DNA from: Paraphysomonas bandaiensis
Lineage: Eukaryota; Protista; Chrysophyceae
Reading direction: 5' to 3'
NCBI GenBank assembly: GCA_965644295.1
Contig: CBFFRP010000065.1
Location: 136,799-200,798 of the forward strand
DNA: 64,000 bases
Part shown: in pieces, positions 1 through 13,939 of the stretch
How the letters are laid out: each line of letters opens with the position of its first letter
Numbering within the stretch: position 1 is the stretch's first letter
The notes under the pieces: model-generated
Seen by the model: only the letters and a program-made list of their open reading frames with translations
What the model was told of the DNA's origin: nothing
Database searches by the model: none
Translations under genes and position numbers: made by a program

Positions 1-1133
1 ATTGCCCAAAGGTAGACCCCCCGACTAACCTCACTACAAGGGACGGTTTCACCATGGTGCTCGCAGCGATGCACAAGCAGTCCCGAGACGGTTGCCCGCC
101 ACTAGTAGTATATAGCAAATCTAGTTATTAGCTAGTCTATAGACATAAACTAGTTTCTGTACGCAACCGTACTCATGTAATAATCAGACTTTCATATATC
201 TATGGGCTTGAGTAATCCGATTCATTATGTATGAATGATATGAAAAATTGAATTGTGCAGTGAATAGACTCATATCGGTCGCATCACCTAGATTACTACA
301 ACAGGAATTTTTGACGAAGCCCAAAAGATCAGTACCAGTATCAGCACCAGTACATTCAAGACTTGCTAACTAAATTCAATTCTACACAGTATAACATGTT
401 TATTTCAATTAAGATTCACAAACAATATTCACACGAAAACTCCTTGGATTACTCGCGTTGTGCCGTCGCCATCCCATATTTTGTATACCATTTGCACGAT
501 TTTGTATATTGCCCTATCGTCGGCATGTCAGAATGCAATTCTTCTGCCATTCCTACTCCCGTAACTCGGATTTAAGTTTCCATCCCCGTCATGAGATTGT
601 GTGATTATGAAGATGCTATACTTTAATTTTCTCTAATCTGTGCACCATTACGTGCCACTTTTCTTGAAAAGAAATCACATCACATCCAAATATGCTACAC
701 AGACTTCTTGGTTGACATTTTCACATTTTTACTATATATTGAGGAATTCATTGATATCAACGTATATCTTCCAGCAAAAACAGAACATCTGTTTAACCAG
801 TGGCAAGAAGGACTTATGACTTTGAAATCTGCGGAGTGTTTGCGTTTTTTAAAGGGAGTGTACAAGAGCAGTGTAACCAGTGAGTTTTCATATATTAAGT
901 AAGAACTGGAAAAAAAATAAATGCGTGAGTGACAAGGCTTATAGATAAAGTATGTCATATGAGAGTTTCAAAATCACTTTGTACATTATTTTCTTGAAGC
1001 GTATCAATTAGCGCAAACAGTCGCCTCATAGGGAATAGTACAAATGGACAGACACTACTCTCGAGGTATCGTAGCGGTGTGATACGAAGGCATAAAAACC
1101 AGTTAACACAACTAGCTGGCACGCTTGCACCAT

Positions 1134-1173
1134 ACTTAATATCACAAATTAGACTTAATATCACAAATTAGAC
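1134..1173. repeat. 19-bp tandem duplication (acttaatatcacaaattag x2)
   Basis: Two exact adjacent copies at 1134-1152 and 1153-1171, followed by 'ac'. Confidence 0.9.
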
Positions 1174-1407
1174 ACGATAAAATTGGTATAATAAGTTTGA
1201 GTTCATAAGGAATACCAAATTTACGGATGACGTGGAAATAATTATTGCCATTTTTTTTAGAAATAATGACTTCTTATGTTAGGAATAAGGAATCCCAATT
1301 TTTTATGTATATTATGTGTACACTTACAAGCCAGCACAAGGCAGAAACAAAAATTCAGAAAGTATTACGTTGAATATCCAGCAACGCTCTTTACCAGAAC
1401 TCCCAAT

Positions 1408-2978
<1,571 letters not shown>

Positions 2979-3472
2979 TGATGCAGATTATTGAGACTGC
3001 TTATGAACTAATTGAGAATATGTAGTGTGCTGGAAGGCTCTGTGTATCCTCCTATGATCATCTCAACACACTGACATGCATCTACTGGAACTAGGATACC
3101 ATACACACACAGCAGTACACCAGTACATACAGGCAGTACATACAACACAGTATAGTATAGTAGTATAGGGAATACACGGTGACCTTTTGGAGGAGTAGAA
3201 TACAGCAACAGCCATATGTAGACTTTTATTGCAAAGGGGGGCAAGATGAACGTAAAGAACACACATTTTTGAAAAGAGAGAAAAGAAAAGTTGTGGATTT
3301 TACTGAGAAAGTATTTCTTATACACAGAATACAGTATATACGACCACTGTATACTATCAGGATATATCATACTATACCTACGTATACATACATGCATATA
3401 TGAAGCAGGAACTTAAATACGAGGTACGAGTAGCGAGTATTGATACACCTCAAGCCCAACTATATTCCGCCT
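2979..3472. promoter_or_regulatory. Putative bidirectional promoter VPS4 / KAS
   Basis: About 490 bp between divergent ATGs; contains CAGCAGT at 3110-3116 and TAC/GTA-rich flanks. Confidence 0.55.
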
Positions 3473-4839
3473 ATGCAATCCCTCCATTCTTCAGCTAGTC
3501 GTCAATTTAAACGAGTGGTAATCACAGGAATCGGTCTGGTGACTCCTCTAGGATGCGGGTCTATGGATGTATGGAACCGTCTTGTGGCTCCTGATAGTGG
3601 AGTGGTACCATTCCAGTGTGATCTACCTGATATTCCTGTGTCTGTTTGTGCACATGTTCGTGGATTTGATAGGGAAGCTTTATTTGGTAAACAGGCTCAC
3701 AAGTATAAGTCACTGTCGACGCACTATGCGCTCCATGCTGGGGACATTGCACTTGAGTGTGCCCAATTTAACGAAGGAAAAGATATAGATTTGACTAGGG
3801 CTGGGGTAGCTATTGCATCAGGAATGGGAACTCTAAAGGATATTACTGATACAAACAGCTTGTCTGATGAGTCCTATCGTCGCCTCAGTCCTTTTTTCGT
3901 TTCCAAGATACTCATAAATATGGCTGCGGGTGAAACAAGTATACGCCATAAACTTCGCGGCCCCAACCATGCTGTAGCCACTGCCTGCGCGGCTGGAGCT
4001 CACGCCATTGGAGATGCCTACAATTTTATCAGAATGGGTTATGCTGACTTTATGGTTGCGGGAGGTACGGAGGCGCCTCTGGACCCGCTATCTGTGGCTG
4101 GATTTTCGAGAATGAAAGCACTGACCCGCAATACAGACCCTTTAACAGCGTCACGACCATTTGATTCATCTAGAGATGGATTTGTGATTGGTATAGTCAA
4201 ATGCTATCATATATGGTGTTGCATAATTAATATTTTGTAGGTGAGGGATCGGGTATTCTTGTGCTGGAATCACTAGAGTCAGCCCAGCGCAGGGGCGCTC
4301 AGATACTGGCTGAAGTCACCGGATATGGTATGTCGGGAGATGCACACCACATCACATCACCAGCTACTAGCGGAGAAGGCGCGGCGCGTGCCATGATGAC
4401 AGCCCTGTGGGATGCTGGACTGCAGCCAGAGGATGTGGGGTATATCAATGCGCATGCCACATCTACACCTGCCGGAGACCTGGCAGAAACAGACGCAATA
4501 CACAACGTATTTGGTCAGGATCAAATCACTGATAATAATAGAAAAGGTAGAACATTTCCGCTGTATGTATCCTCCACGAAGGGGGCAACAGGTCACATGC
4601 TCGGTGCCGCAGGGGCTGTGGAAGCAGCCTTCGCGGTGATGGCTCTTCGCACTGGAACTCTCCCACCTACGCTTAATCTTTCTGTGAGTACCGATGAAAC
4701 CAGTGAAAGCACAGTTAGGGAGTCATTCCAACATATTCCTGGAGTTCCAGTGAAAGCTGACGTATCGCATGTAATGAGCAATTCTTTTGGGTTTGGTGGA
4801 ACCAACGCTTCACTTATATTTTCGAAGTATTGCCCATGA
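3473..4839 (+). CDS. OXSM: 3-oxoacyl-[ACP] synthase II (FabF/OXSM type), probably mitochondrial
   Basis: RVVITGIGLVTPLG; catalytic Cys in TACAAG; His residues in YINAHATST and GHMLGAAG; SNSFGFGGTNA. One intron (4191-4240) restores GFVIG|EGSG. Short Ser/Arg-rich N-terminus. Confidence 0.93.
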
Positions 4840-5046
4840 AGTTTAACAAGCTTGTTGTAGTTTTTTGTCTTGTTCAGATAAATTCTAATATATTTTAATT
4901 TACATATACTCGAAGCGTAAGAAGAAATTTCGATCCGATTCATTGTAGCTTTTGAAAAGATGCAGATAGCAATCGTACGATCAAGATATGCTTCAATATA
5001 TCCCACTTTTCCGAGAGGATAGCAACACCCTTAGGTGTTAATTTCT

Positions 5047-5111
5047 CTAGGCTTACTAAGAATAGGCGGGCTTAATTTTATTTTTCCTAGGCTTACAAAG
5101 AATAGGCGGGC
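5047..5111. repeat. 25-bp direct repeat with 40-bp period
   Basis: ctaggcttactaagaataggcgggc (5047-5071) and ctaggcttacaaagaataggcgggc (5087-5111), one mismatch. Confidence 0.85.
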
Positions 5112-5450
5112 GGGAATTGTCATATCCATGTGTGCGTTGCTGGTTGCTGTCGTACAAAATTGAAGAAATCAATACATACGGAATAAGGAACTATACTATC
5201 GAAAATAACGTTTCACACATTCACTTGACACATTTATATCTTATTAAAATATCTACTTGTGTAATATATCGTACAGGATAGTGATAGAATAAAAATATAA
5301 TAGAGGTGCAATTCCGACTTCTAGAACCAGTATAAATCTCAGCTAGATAAGATAGGTATAATCATATTGTACGCACTTTTTTTCAGAAATAAACTCGAAA
5401 AGAAAACCACTGAAATCTAAGCTTTCAAAGAAGGATGGTATCATGACCAT

Positions 5451-6231
5451 TTAGCCAGTCTTTGATATAATCTCAAAGCAAGAATGCTCAGTTGTCGGGG
5501 CAGCGGATGGGCTGGGGGTGCTTCCGACACGGTAAAACCGCCACGAAGCCACAGGCAGAACAGTGTTATCTTTTACAAATATTGGTCCGTCGTTTCCTTC
5601 AGAGGTAGATGAGGGAGTAATTTCAAAAACATTTATTTTGGGATCCTCGACGCAGTTCGATGAGAAGTACGTGGTTCCGCAGTCAGTACCAGAGTCATAG
5701 GGCTGACTGGTCATTTCTAGCATGTCTATCCACTGCCCACTCACATGGTCGCATAGATCTACGTCCCGTACTCCACTGAACCAATCAGGTGAGGGTGCGA
5801 TCATATATATCGCTGAGAGCAAGCTGTGATTAGCATCGACAGCTAACGTCAGGGTGTTCACTGGAGCATTTTGAGTCTGTAAGCTAGCCCCGCTTGCTTC
5901 TGCCTCCTGCTTGATGGGGGAGTTGAACCCAACCTCGGCAACACGTTGAACACCAGTCGTTGCAAGGATTCCTGGGGCCCACATGGTGTACAGGGGACTA
6001 TGCGACGCACCAAATAGCTGCGACAGATGGGCAGCACCTCCAGGAAAGTCATTCGGGTGATTCTCTGATGTCCAGGTATCAAACAACTCTAGTTCATAAG
6101 TTGCATCGGAGTTACAGCTAAGGGTCTATTTACGCATCCATTATAAGGTTTATATACGACAGAGCTATACGTACATAAACTCCTGGAGACATCAATAGCG
6201 CTGGAAACAAGCTCAATAAGAAGATGTTCAT
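5451..6231 (-). CDS. Secreted Spondin_N (F-spondin/mindin-like) domain protein
   Basis: Spliced N-terminus MNIFLLSLFPALLMSPGVY|TLSCNSDATYELELFDTW (signal peptide). Spondin motifs HPNDFP...HLSQLFGASH, MIAPSPDWFSGV, DLC and PYDSGTD. Pro/Ser/Thr tail. Confidence 0.88.
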
Positions 6232-6692
6232 TATCACAGCCTCTCGCTCCGTTAGTGTACCCTCAGAGATAGTTCTAGTCAACGATATGGTGATATGTGG
6301 GGTATGCGAGAGGCGTGATATCTATATATAAGAAATATAGACCTGCTGGAAGATACAAGCACCTCGCTCACTCACCAGCACCAGGACACTGACGCTGACG
6401 CACATTGTATACTAATCGTATGTACTTCAAACGTTCGTCTTTGATACAACTGAAAAAAAAACATCACCCCATAGCGACAACGTACCAGTGAAAAATGAAA
6501 ACTGAAATGTGATCGTGTTGGTTGAAGATCCATATGGTGCACAGGAAAGTCTGGCTATTGCTTGTGGTGTACGGTGGGTGTTGTGTGGTGTGTGGTGTAT
6601 GGTGCATTCAGTGGCTTTGGATATGTGGTAATTCTCATCTCTGTTACGTCCATAAATTAGTTACTTCATCTATACTTTGAGGTTAATAGAAA

Positions 6693-8140
6693 ATGTCACT
6701 GGTAAGTAAAAGTGTTGTGTTTTGTATGCATCCATTGATGTCATATTGCAGACTTTATACACTGACGGAGGCAACTTCCGTGCCTTCAAAATTTTGATCG
6801 CTGCGGAGTACAATGGCGTTGCCATTGATATCCCTAATTTCAAACTCAATGTCGATAACAAGACTGAAGAGTTCAAGAAGAAGAGCCCTATGGGAAAGGT
6901 TCCTGTGCTTGATACTCCTTCAGGTAGGTTTAAGTTATATTTTATGCTATAGTATAAATGTGCTTTTCATATATTTATATGTAACATATATATATCTGTA
7001 GGCTCTATTTTCGAGAGCAATGCTATCGCCCGCTACGTTGCTCGTATGCGCCGCGACACTGAGCTTTGCGGTGCTTCTTTCTTTGAAGCCGGTCAGGTTG
7101 ACTCGTGGATCGATTTCTGCAGCCACGACCTCGAGCTGCCTGCCACTCTCTGGATTTACCCTGTGCTCGGATATATGCCTTACAATGCCAACACAACTGC
7201 CCGTGCCAAGACTGACTTTGCTCGTGCCCTTACCGTACTAGAGAACCACTTAGCTGATAAGACATACCTTGTGGGCCACAAGATTACTCTGGCTGACATT
7301 ACTGTTGCCTCCACTCTTGTTTACCCATTCAAATTTGTTGCCGATGCCGCCTTTAGAGCCCCATTCCCCAATGTTATGCGTTGGTTCGATACTTGCGTGA
7401 ACCAGCCCAACTTTGAGAGTGTTATTGGTAAGGTCGTCCTCTGCACCACTGAGTTGACGGCTTCTGGAGCAACTCCTGTTGCTTTCACCCCTGCTTCTGA
7501 CAACAAGAAGGAGGGTAAGAAGGACAACAAAAAGAAGGCAAAAGAACAGAAGCCAAAGGAACAGAAACCCAAGGCCGAGAAAAAGCCAAAGGAAGAGAAG
7601 CCTAAGGAGGCCCCTGCAGCTGAGGAGCCTAAGCCTGCCAAGAAGCCTGAGCACCCCTTCAAGATCATGGATAGAGAGGCTCCTTCCCCTTTTGTTATGG
7701 ACACCTGGAAAAAGAATTACTCCAACTGCGATACCTATGAGGCTGCAATCGACGAATTCTGGAAGACTTTTGATGCTGAGGGCTGGTCTCTGTTCCGTGG
7801 TGACTACCAGTACGACAATGATAACTCTGTTCTCTTCATGACCAGCAATCTTATTGGTGGATTCATTCAGAGAACCGAGGAGATTAGAAAGTGGCTCTTC
7901 GGTACAATGACCATCCGTGGAGAGGCTAAGAAGGGTGGAATGAAGATCACCGCCTACTTCCTTATCAGAGGCCAGTCTATCCAGCCACTTATTGACTGCA
8001 ATGACGATGCTGAGTACTACACCTGGACCAAGGTGCCCACACCTGTCAGTGCGGAGGATAAGGCCAAGATTTTCGAGTACTGGACATCAGAGACCACCTT
8101 AGAAGGCGAGCCTCTGTTGGACTCGAGAGTGTACAAGTAG
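6693..8140 (+). CDS. EEF1G: Translation elongation factor 1B gamma (3 exons)
   Basis: GST-like N domain (SPMGKVPVLDTP..IFESNAIARY), Lys/Glu/Pro linker, and C domain (FVMDTWKKNYSN, FDAEGWSLF, FMTSNLIGGFIQR). Introns at 6702-6751 and 6924-7001. Confidence 0.96.
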
Positions 8141-9268
8141 ATCTTTTAACAATCGAATGTGTGCAAGAATGTAGTTTGCGATGATCGAAATAATAAGAAT
8201 GAACACGTCCTTAATATAATATTTTAAATATATTGCACTCATATATGGGCTATTATCCAACATAGTTTAACTGTGAGCAATAAGAGATCGATAGTATTCG
8301 GTACAACGTGTGACGTACTGCCTTTCCATTGTCTCGATGACTGATTAGATATAACACACGATAGAAAAATGTTTGATGAAACTTTTTCGTCGTCGTTGGG
8401 TGTGTGTATACCCCATTTTGTCTAATATAGGTTAATCGTGTCTTATATAAATGTGATGATGATGCTAAAAATAATAACCGTTGTGCGACTTTCATCATCA
8501 TATTTATGGACATGGTTCAATACCTCGTAGCTTGCTATTCTTTCAGCACCCTGTTGTGTTAGGGATGCATATGTTGTAGCTATTTTTGAAATTTGTACAT
8601 TTATTGTTTTGAGATATTGGCATTCCTTAAGCTTATGTATAGATGTATAATGTATAGATACCATTAATATTAAATAATGCTCTAATTTGTCATTTGTTTT
8701 CTTAGTGTAGAAGGGACCACTTGTTTCTTCTAGAAGCAAGTAAGATACAAATAGCTATCAATACTAGATATATTAGGCTTTCATCGTCATGAGGAGAATG
8801 AGCTTCAAATTTTAACGTAAGGATAAGGAGCATCGTCCCTTGTTACCCGTGATTTCATATAATTATGTTAAGCAGAAAATATGTCAATATGTGAAGTCCA
8901 ATATATGAAAGCATTGATTAGTACAAGACTACTTCATTCAGAAGAGGAAATTATATTTTTGACGTATACATATTGATATTACAAACTATTGAATACAGCT
9001 CTATTATCATTGATGGCATCCGTATTCGTTGCATACACTCCTTTTACATCTATCAGTTTTCTGTGAATGGACAATATACAATGGTTGCTCCCACAAGTAT
9101 AGTTAAGTGGCTACAGTGTCAGTCCTTTGGATTGTGAAAATTTGCCTACCATTACACCAGCAGTGACTTTCCCATTGTAGATATTCTTATCCAGTTCGAA
9201 AGTCAGTTCCCAACTCTGCAGCGACACTCAAATTTGAAACTAGTGACGGCCATACCAGTAAGACTATT

Positions 9269-9361
9269 GACTGTCAATCGACAGTTAATCTGACAGTTCA
9301 TATTGAATTTTTTCAGCTCTTAGTCATTGATGAATTATGTATGAGCTGTCGATTGATAGTC
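9269..9361. repeat. Short inverted repeat (16-bp arms, 61-bp spacer), MITE-like
   Basis: gactgtcaatcgacag (9269-9284) versus ctgtcgattgatagtc (9346-9361): 15/16 complementary. Confidence 0.6.
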
Positions 9362-10016
9362 ATATGAACAGTCTCAATTTGACTTGCATTATAGCACAGC
9401 CAATACAACTACCACGTTGATATGTAGTATATATCGTTAAGTTCTTCTTGTAATTACGAGCGATCGCTCGTAGATCATCATCATACAGAGTACCTTTACT
9501 GGGTTTGCATACATATCATGTTGTACAAATGTAAAATGTCCAGTTTTCTCTATATTTCTGCGATTTTAGTAAAATATGCTACCGGGGAATGTAGCCCGCC
9601 CGTATTTGTCCTATCCACTACTGGAATTTTTTGTTCTGTGAACATCAGAATTTCTTCAGTTGATTTTTGTAGATGTGAGTTTGAAAATAGACCGACTGAC
9701 CATCGTATATACGTGATACATTCGTATTTGACCTGCTGCCTAGACTACAATACGCATATACCAACACGGGGAATTATAGATGTAGTATCGTATCGTATTT
9801 CTATAGAGTTGTATACGCACTACTCAACTGAGCAATAACGCATTCACTGCTTATATATAATCAACCCACAAGCCATTTGATTTATCAGTGTTGTGTTGGT
9901 TGATACACACTATTTCTACGTCATAGTCTTATTGGTATCATAAGGTGTGGTGTTTCAGATCTATCGATAAATTATAAACTACTATTAAATAAATTGAAAA
10001 TTAGTATTACGATCGA

Positions 10017-12418
10017 ATGTTTCTCGACGAATCTGCTTTTGATGTGGAGGAAGATGTTCCCTCTAGCAGTCTAGGAGCTCCGAAACCATCTTATGGTATA
10101 TAATTAATATATAAGGGAGGGTCTGACGGGTGTACAGGTCATAGCGCACAAAACAATAATCTCAGCATAGCTCTGGACGATGAGATGGAAGAGTTGAGTC
10201 TGGGAGGAAGTGGATTGGGAAGTGCTGGTGGTATTGGAACGTCAAGCGCAAGTAGAGCAAGAATGTTAGCCCAGCAAAGAGAAATCAATATGAAGAAGCG
10301 TCAATCATCAGCACAGAGTGGTATTGCTATTTAAAATTATTATTTTGTAGTCACAGGTTTGTGTAGGAATGGTTCGGAGTTCAGTTGATAGTCCGTTAGA
10401 CAGTTCGAAAGGCCAATTCACACCGACAGTGCGTCAATTTTCTGCCCCTAAGACTGTTCTCCAGACGGAGTAAGCAACGTGCTGCTGTCACTTATAATCT
10501 CTTCCTTATTGCTTGTACAGATCCAGCAGTGATTTTGGACGACCACAGATCAAGACCCATTTCTCTCCCAAAAGACCTGATCGCGAGGCTGAAGAAGATG
10601 TTGGCAGATCAGGTGGAAGTTACGGCCGACGAGAGAAGCGTGATGATCGTGCGAGACGAGGGGGCAGTCGGGGGCGCGATGATTATGAGGGTAGGGATGA
10701 TGTTCCAGAGGGTAGGCGACGTGACAGAGATAGAGACAGGGGCTGGGACGACAGAGACAGGAACAGGGACAGAGGTGGTCGTAGAAGGCGTGATGATGAT
10801 GGTGATGACGATTACTACGAGGCTCCTCGGGGTGGAGACAGAGAAAGGGGTGGGAGCCGCCCAAGGAGTCGAGAGAGAGCTCCCAGATATCATGATGATG
10901 ACGACGACAGACGAGGTGGCAGACGCGGAGGTAGTAACAGCAGACGGCGAGGAGACAGGAACAGAGACTACTCTAGTGGAGAGGAGGACTATTATCCTCC
11001 CAGCAGCAGGGGAGGAGGAAGGTCACGATCACCTAAACCACGTGCAGGTAGACGGGCACGCAGCAGAGACCCCAGTCCCCACGATGACCGGAGCAGGGGG
11101 GAGGGGCGATCCAGACAACAGCGCAAAGATGGCCGAGGGGGCAGGCGCGGGGAATACGAGGACGACTATGAGGGTAGTCAACGCAGTCGTGAGCGCGATG
11201 GAGGTCGCCGGAGTCGAGAGCGAGATGGTGGATGGAGAGGGGGTCGTGACATGGAACGCGATGGCGATGGTGAAAGGTCTGACTACGATTCGGAGGGTGA
11301 AGAGAGATGGAATTCTGCGGGGGCAGGAGAGGCCCGAGGTATGGTCGGCCCGGGTAACAGCCGGGGTGGAGAAGGCAGAACAGAAAGAATTCTTGGGGTG
11401 GGATCACTTACCCCAGCTGTTGAACTTGACCTCTCTGATATGACTCGTTTTCTCATGCGGCCCTTGCCGCGCGGAGCAGGAATAGTGCAGTGCCAAATTG
11501 TGAGAAATAAGTCTGGGACACATAAGCTTTTCCCGGTGTACTCGTTGTACTTGAAGGAAAATGATCGGTTCCTTATGTGTTCCAAGAAGCGTCCCAATAA
11601 TAAAACCTCTAACTATCTCATTTCGAAAGGGGAGAACGACCTGTCGAGGGAGAGTCCCAACTTTCTCGGAAAACTCCGGTCAAACTTTGTGGGTACAGAG
11701 TTCCAGGTTTTTGACAACGGTGCTAGTCCTAAGGAGGGGGACGATGACCCATACAAAGCAGGAGGTATATAGTCGTTTGTCATTTTGGCTATGTGTGCTA
11801 AAAGCATGTGTAGAGGTGCGTCGGGAACTTGGAGCGGTTATGTACGCCCCAAATGTACTTGGCTCTCGCGGCCCACGTAAGATGCAGGTGTGCATCCCTG
11901 CAGTAGATGAAAGTAATTCTATCGTCACCTGGCGACAACAGAAGGTGTGCTGTGCACAAGTGCTTTGTTTCGCTTGATTAACAACACGACAGGGATCTGA
12001 TGGAGAGATGCTACAACGGATGAAAGATAGAAACTTCCGTGATCTATGCTACTTTATCAACAAGCCCCCTCGGTGGAACGAGCAAGTAGGCGCCTATGTA
12101 CTGAACTTCAGTGGACGGGTGACCATGGCGTCTGTGAAGAATTTTCAACTGGTGGACCCAGACGAGCAGAATGCTGTTATTTTGCAGGTGAGTGGTTTTG
12201 TGCAGTGGTGAAGTAGCATGACGTTGTGTGCTTATTTGTGCCTCAGTTTGGCCGTGTGGGTAAGGACCAATTCACGATGGACATGCAATGGCCTATGTCT
12301 CCATTTCAGGTGTGCCCTTGTTCTGTAATATCTACTTGTGTTTTTTACATCTTGTATGTCTTTTCAGGCTTTCGCCATCACACTGAGTTCATTTGATTCA
12401 AAGATAGCGTGCGACTAA
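10017..12418 (+). CDS. Tubby-like protein (TULP family) with long Arg/Asp/Gly-rich linker
   Basis: Tubby domain motifs [70 protein letters not shown]|[12 protein letters not shown] and the end [10 protein letters not shown]. The 5' exons were spliced by hand from the ATG at 10017. Confidence 0.93.
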
Positions 12419-13939
12419 CGCTTTGGTATTGTTGCGCCTGGCGACACTTCACGACATTTGACAGCTGTAACTGGCTGTTTGTGTGTGGTGGTCACCATTA
12501 CGATTAGTAGTCGTAGCGCATTGTTTGCCCATACACGCAATATTTTTGTTTAATTAGTGAATCTATGGAAAGGGGGGAATATAATACACCTGAAGGTATG
12601 TATACCTATGTAGTCAGTAACTGTACAGCACTAAGGGTGCTGGTTATCGTAATAATGTGAGCTTGCTTTTTGCTCTTTAATAACATGTATTATTTTACTT
12701 TTTAAACTTCGAGGTTGGAAAATCCTGTTCGCTATGAGAGATAGTATAATAGTTCTACGTTCTACAATACACATAGGCCTGAAATGGTTGCCACACAAGC
12801 TATTGACTATTGGTCGCTTTCACACTTAAGTTAGTTAAGAGAAGTTTATTGTTATCAATCAATATAAAAGTAGCTACATTGAAGAAGTGTATAAGTAGTA
12901 TATAAATGTGTTACTAAGTTGCATACACAATTGTTTGTGCTCTCAGGTGAAACAAGAACATGATAATGTATTTATTTCATGTCAACCACTGCTCAACTTC
13001 CGTATCTTGAATCGTCATGATACTATACTCTGTACTTCAGTTTCACAGTTCACAGTTGTATCTATATATCTATTATCTATATAGTATCTTTGACTACGTA
13101 TTACTGTTTTTCATATTGTATTTAACGTATTCTACAGTTCTATCTTAGAGTCTACAGTTCTATTTAGAGAATCGTACGTATTTTAACATATAGCACATAA
13201 TCTCTGGGAAGGTGCAATGAATACTAAACTTTGATAAGAAGTTTATCATACACTCTAAGAAATATTGGGTTCTTCTTCTAATAAGAAGATCAGGATATTT
13301 AAGCTATTCTTCAAGAATGACCAGGGTATTGAAACTATTTTCCAAGAATTTGCTGGCGAGCTCCACTGCCAAAGCTGACGCTGAAGGCGATGGCACTCGT
13401 TCCTTGCAGGACTTACATGTCGTCGTGGTTTCTCAAGAATTGAATAGACGAGCTTTTGGTGGCGTGCCTCATGTAGACAGCACACCAAATTCACTGTTGA
13501 TGTAAAAAGTAAATATATCTACAAAAGAAGTAAATTCTATATTAAATGCTAAAGATATCTATAGTCTATAGGACTAACTGATGAACATGGCAAACAGATG
13601 TTAATGAGAACAGGTGTCAGGTGTTACATGAATAAGTTGTAAAGTGTTTATAGATTAATAATTATAATTCTTTCTTGGAAGTACGTTAGGTGCAACAAGA
13701 GCAAGTTTAATGTCTACGTCTAGAGAATACCAACTTCAGTGTATGTCCAATTTTGAGAGGCAACGTGCAACGTTTTCAAGGACTTTTTGACGTGTCCGAG
13801 CTGACCAGCAATAACTTATAAATTCTATATTGGACAGCCATAAAGACCCGATAACCTTTCATACAGCGCACCGGAATTCTGATACTAATATACATCTACT
13901 ACTATAGGCCGTTAAATGTATGATGTAATATGTACAATG

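Noticed and set aside
430-570. Minus-strand HADDRAIY resembling the non-LTR reverse transcriptase YADD motif
   Set aside because: No upstream QG/SP motif, stops in frame, and too short to support a LINE call.
5451-5490. SCF after a Pro/Ser linker, like the start of a Hint (Hedgehog/intein) domain
   Set aside because: A stop follows within 8 codons and I saw no Hint-like sequence downstream.
7250-7841. Long antisense and alternate-frame ORFs over EEF1G
   Set aside because: Shadow ORFs caused by biased codon usage and the Lys/Glu/Pro linker.
10529-11443. 304-aa overlapping ORF in another frame of Tubby
   Set aside because: By-product of purine-rich low-complexity coding sequence; no recognisable motifs.
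13255-13505. Small ORFs between Tubby and the kinase
   Set aside because: No recognisable motif or splice partners; possibly decayed repeat.
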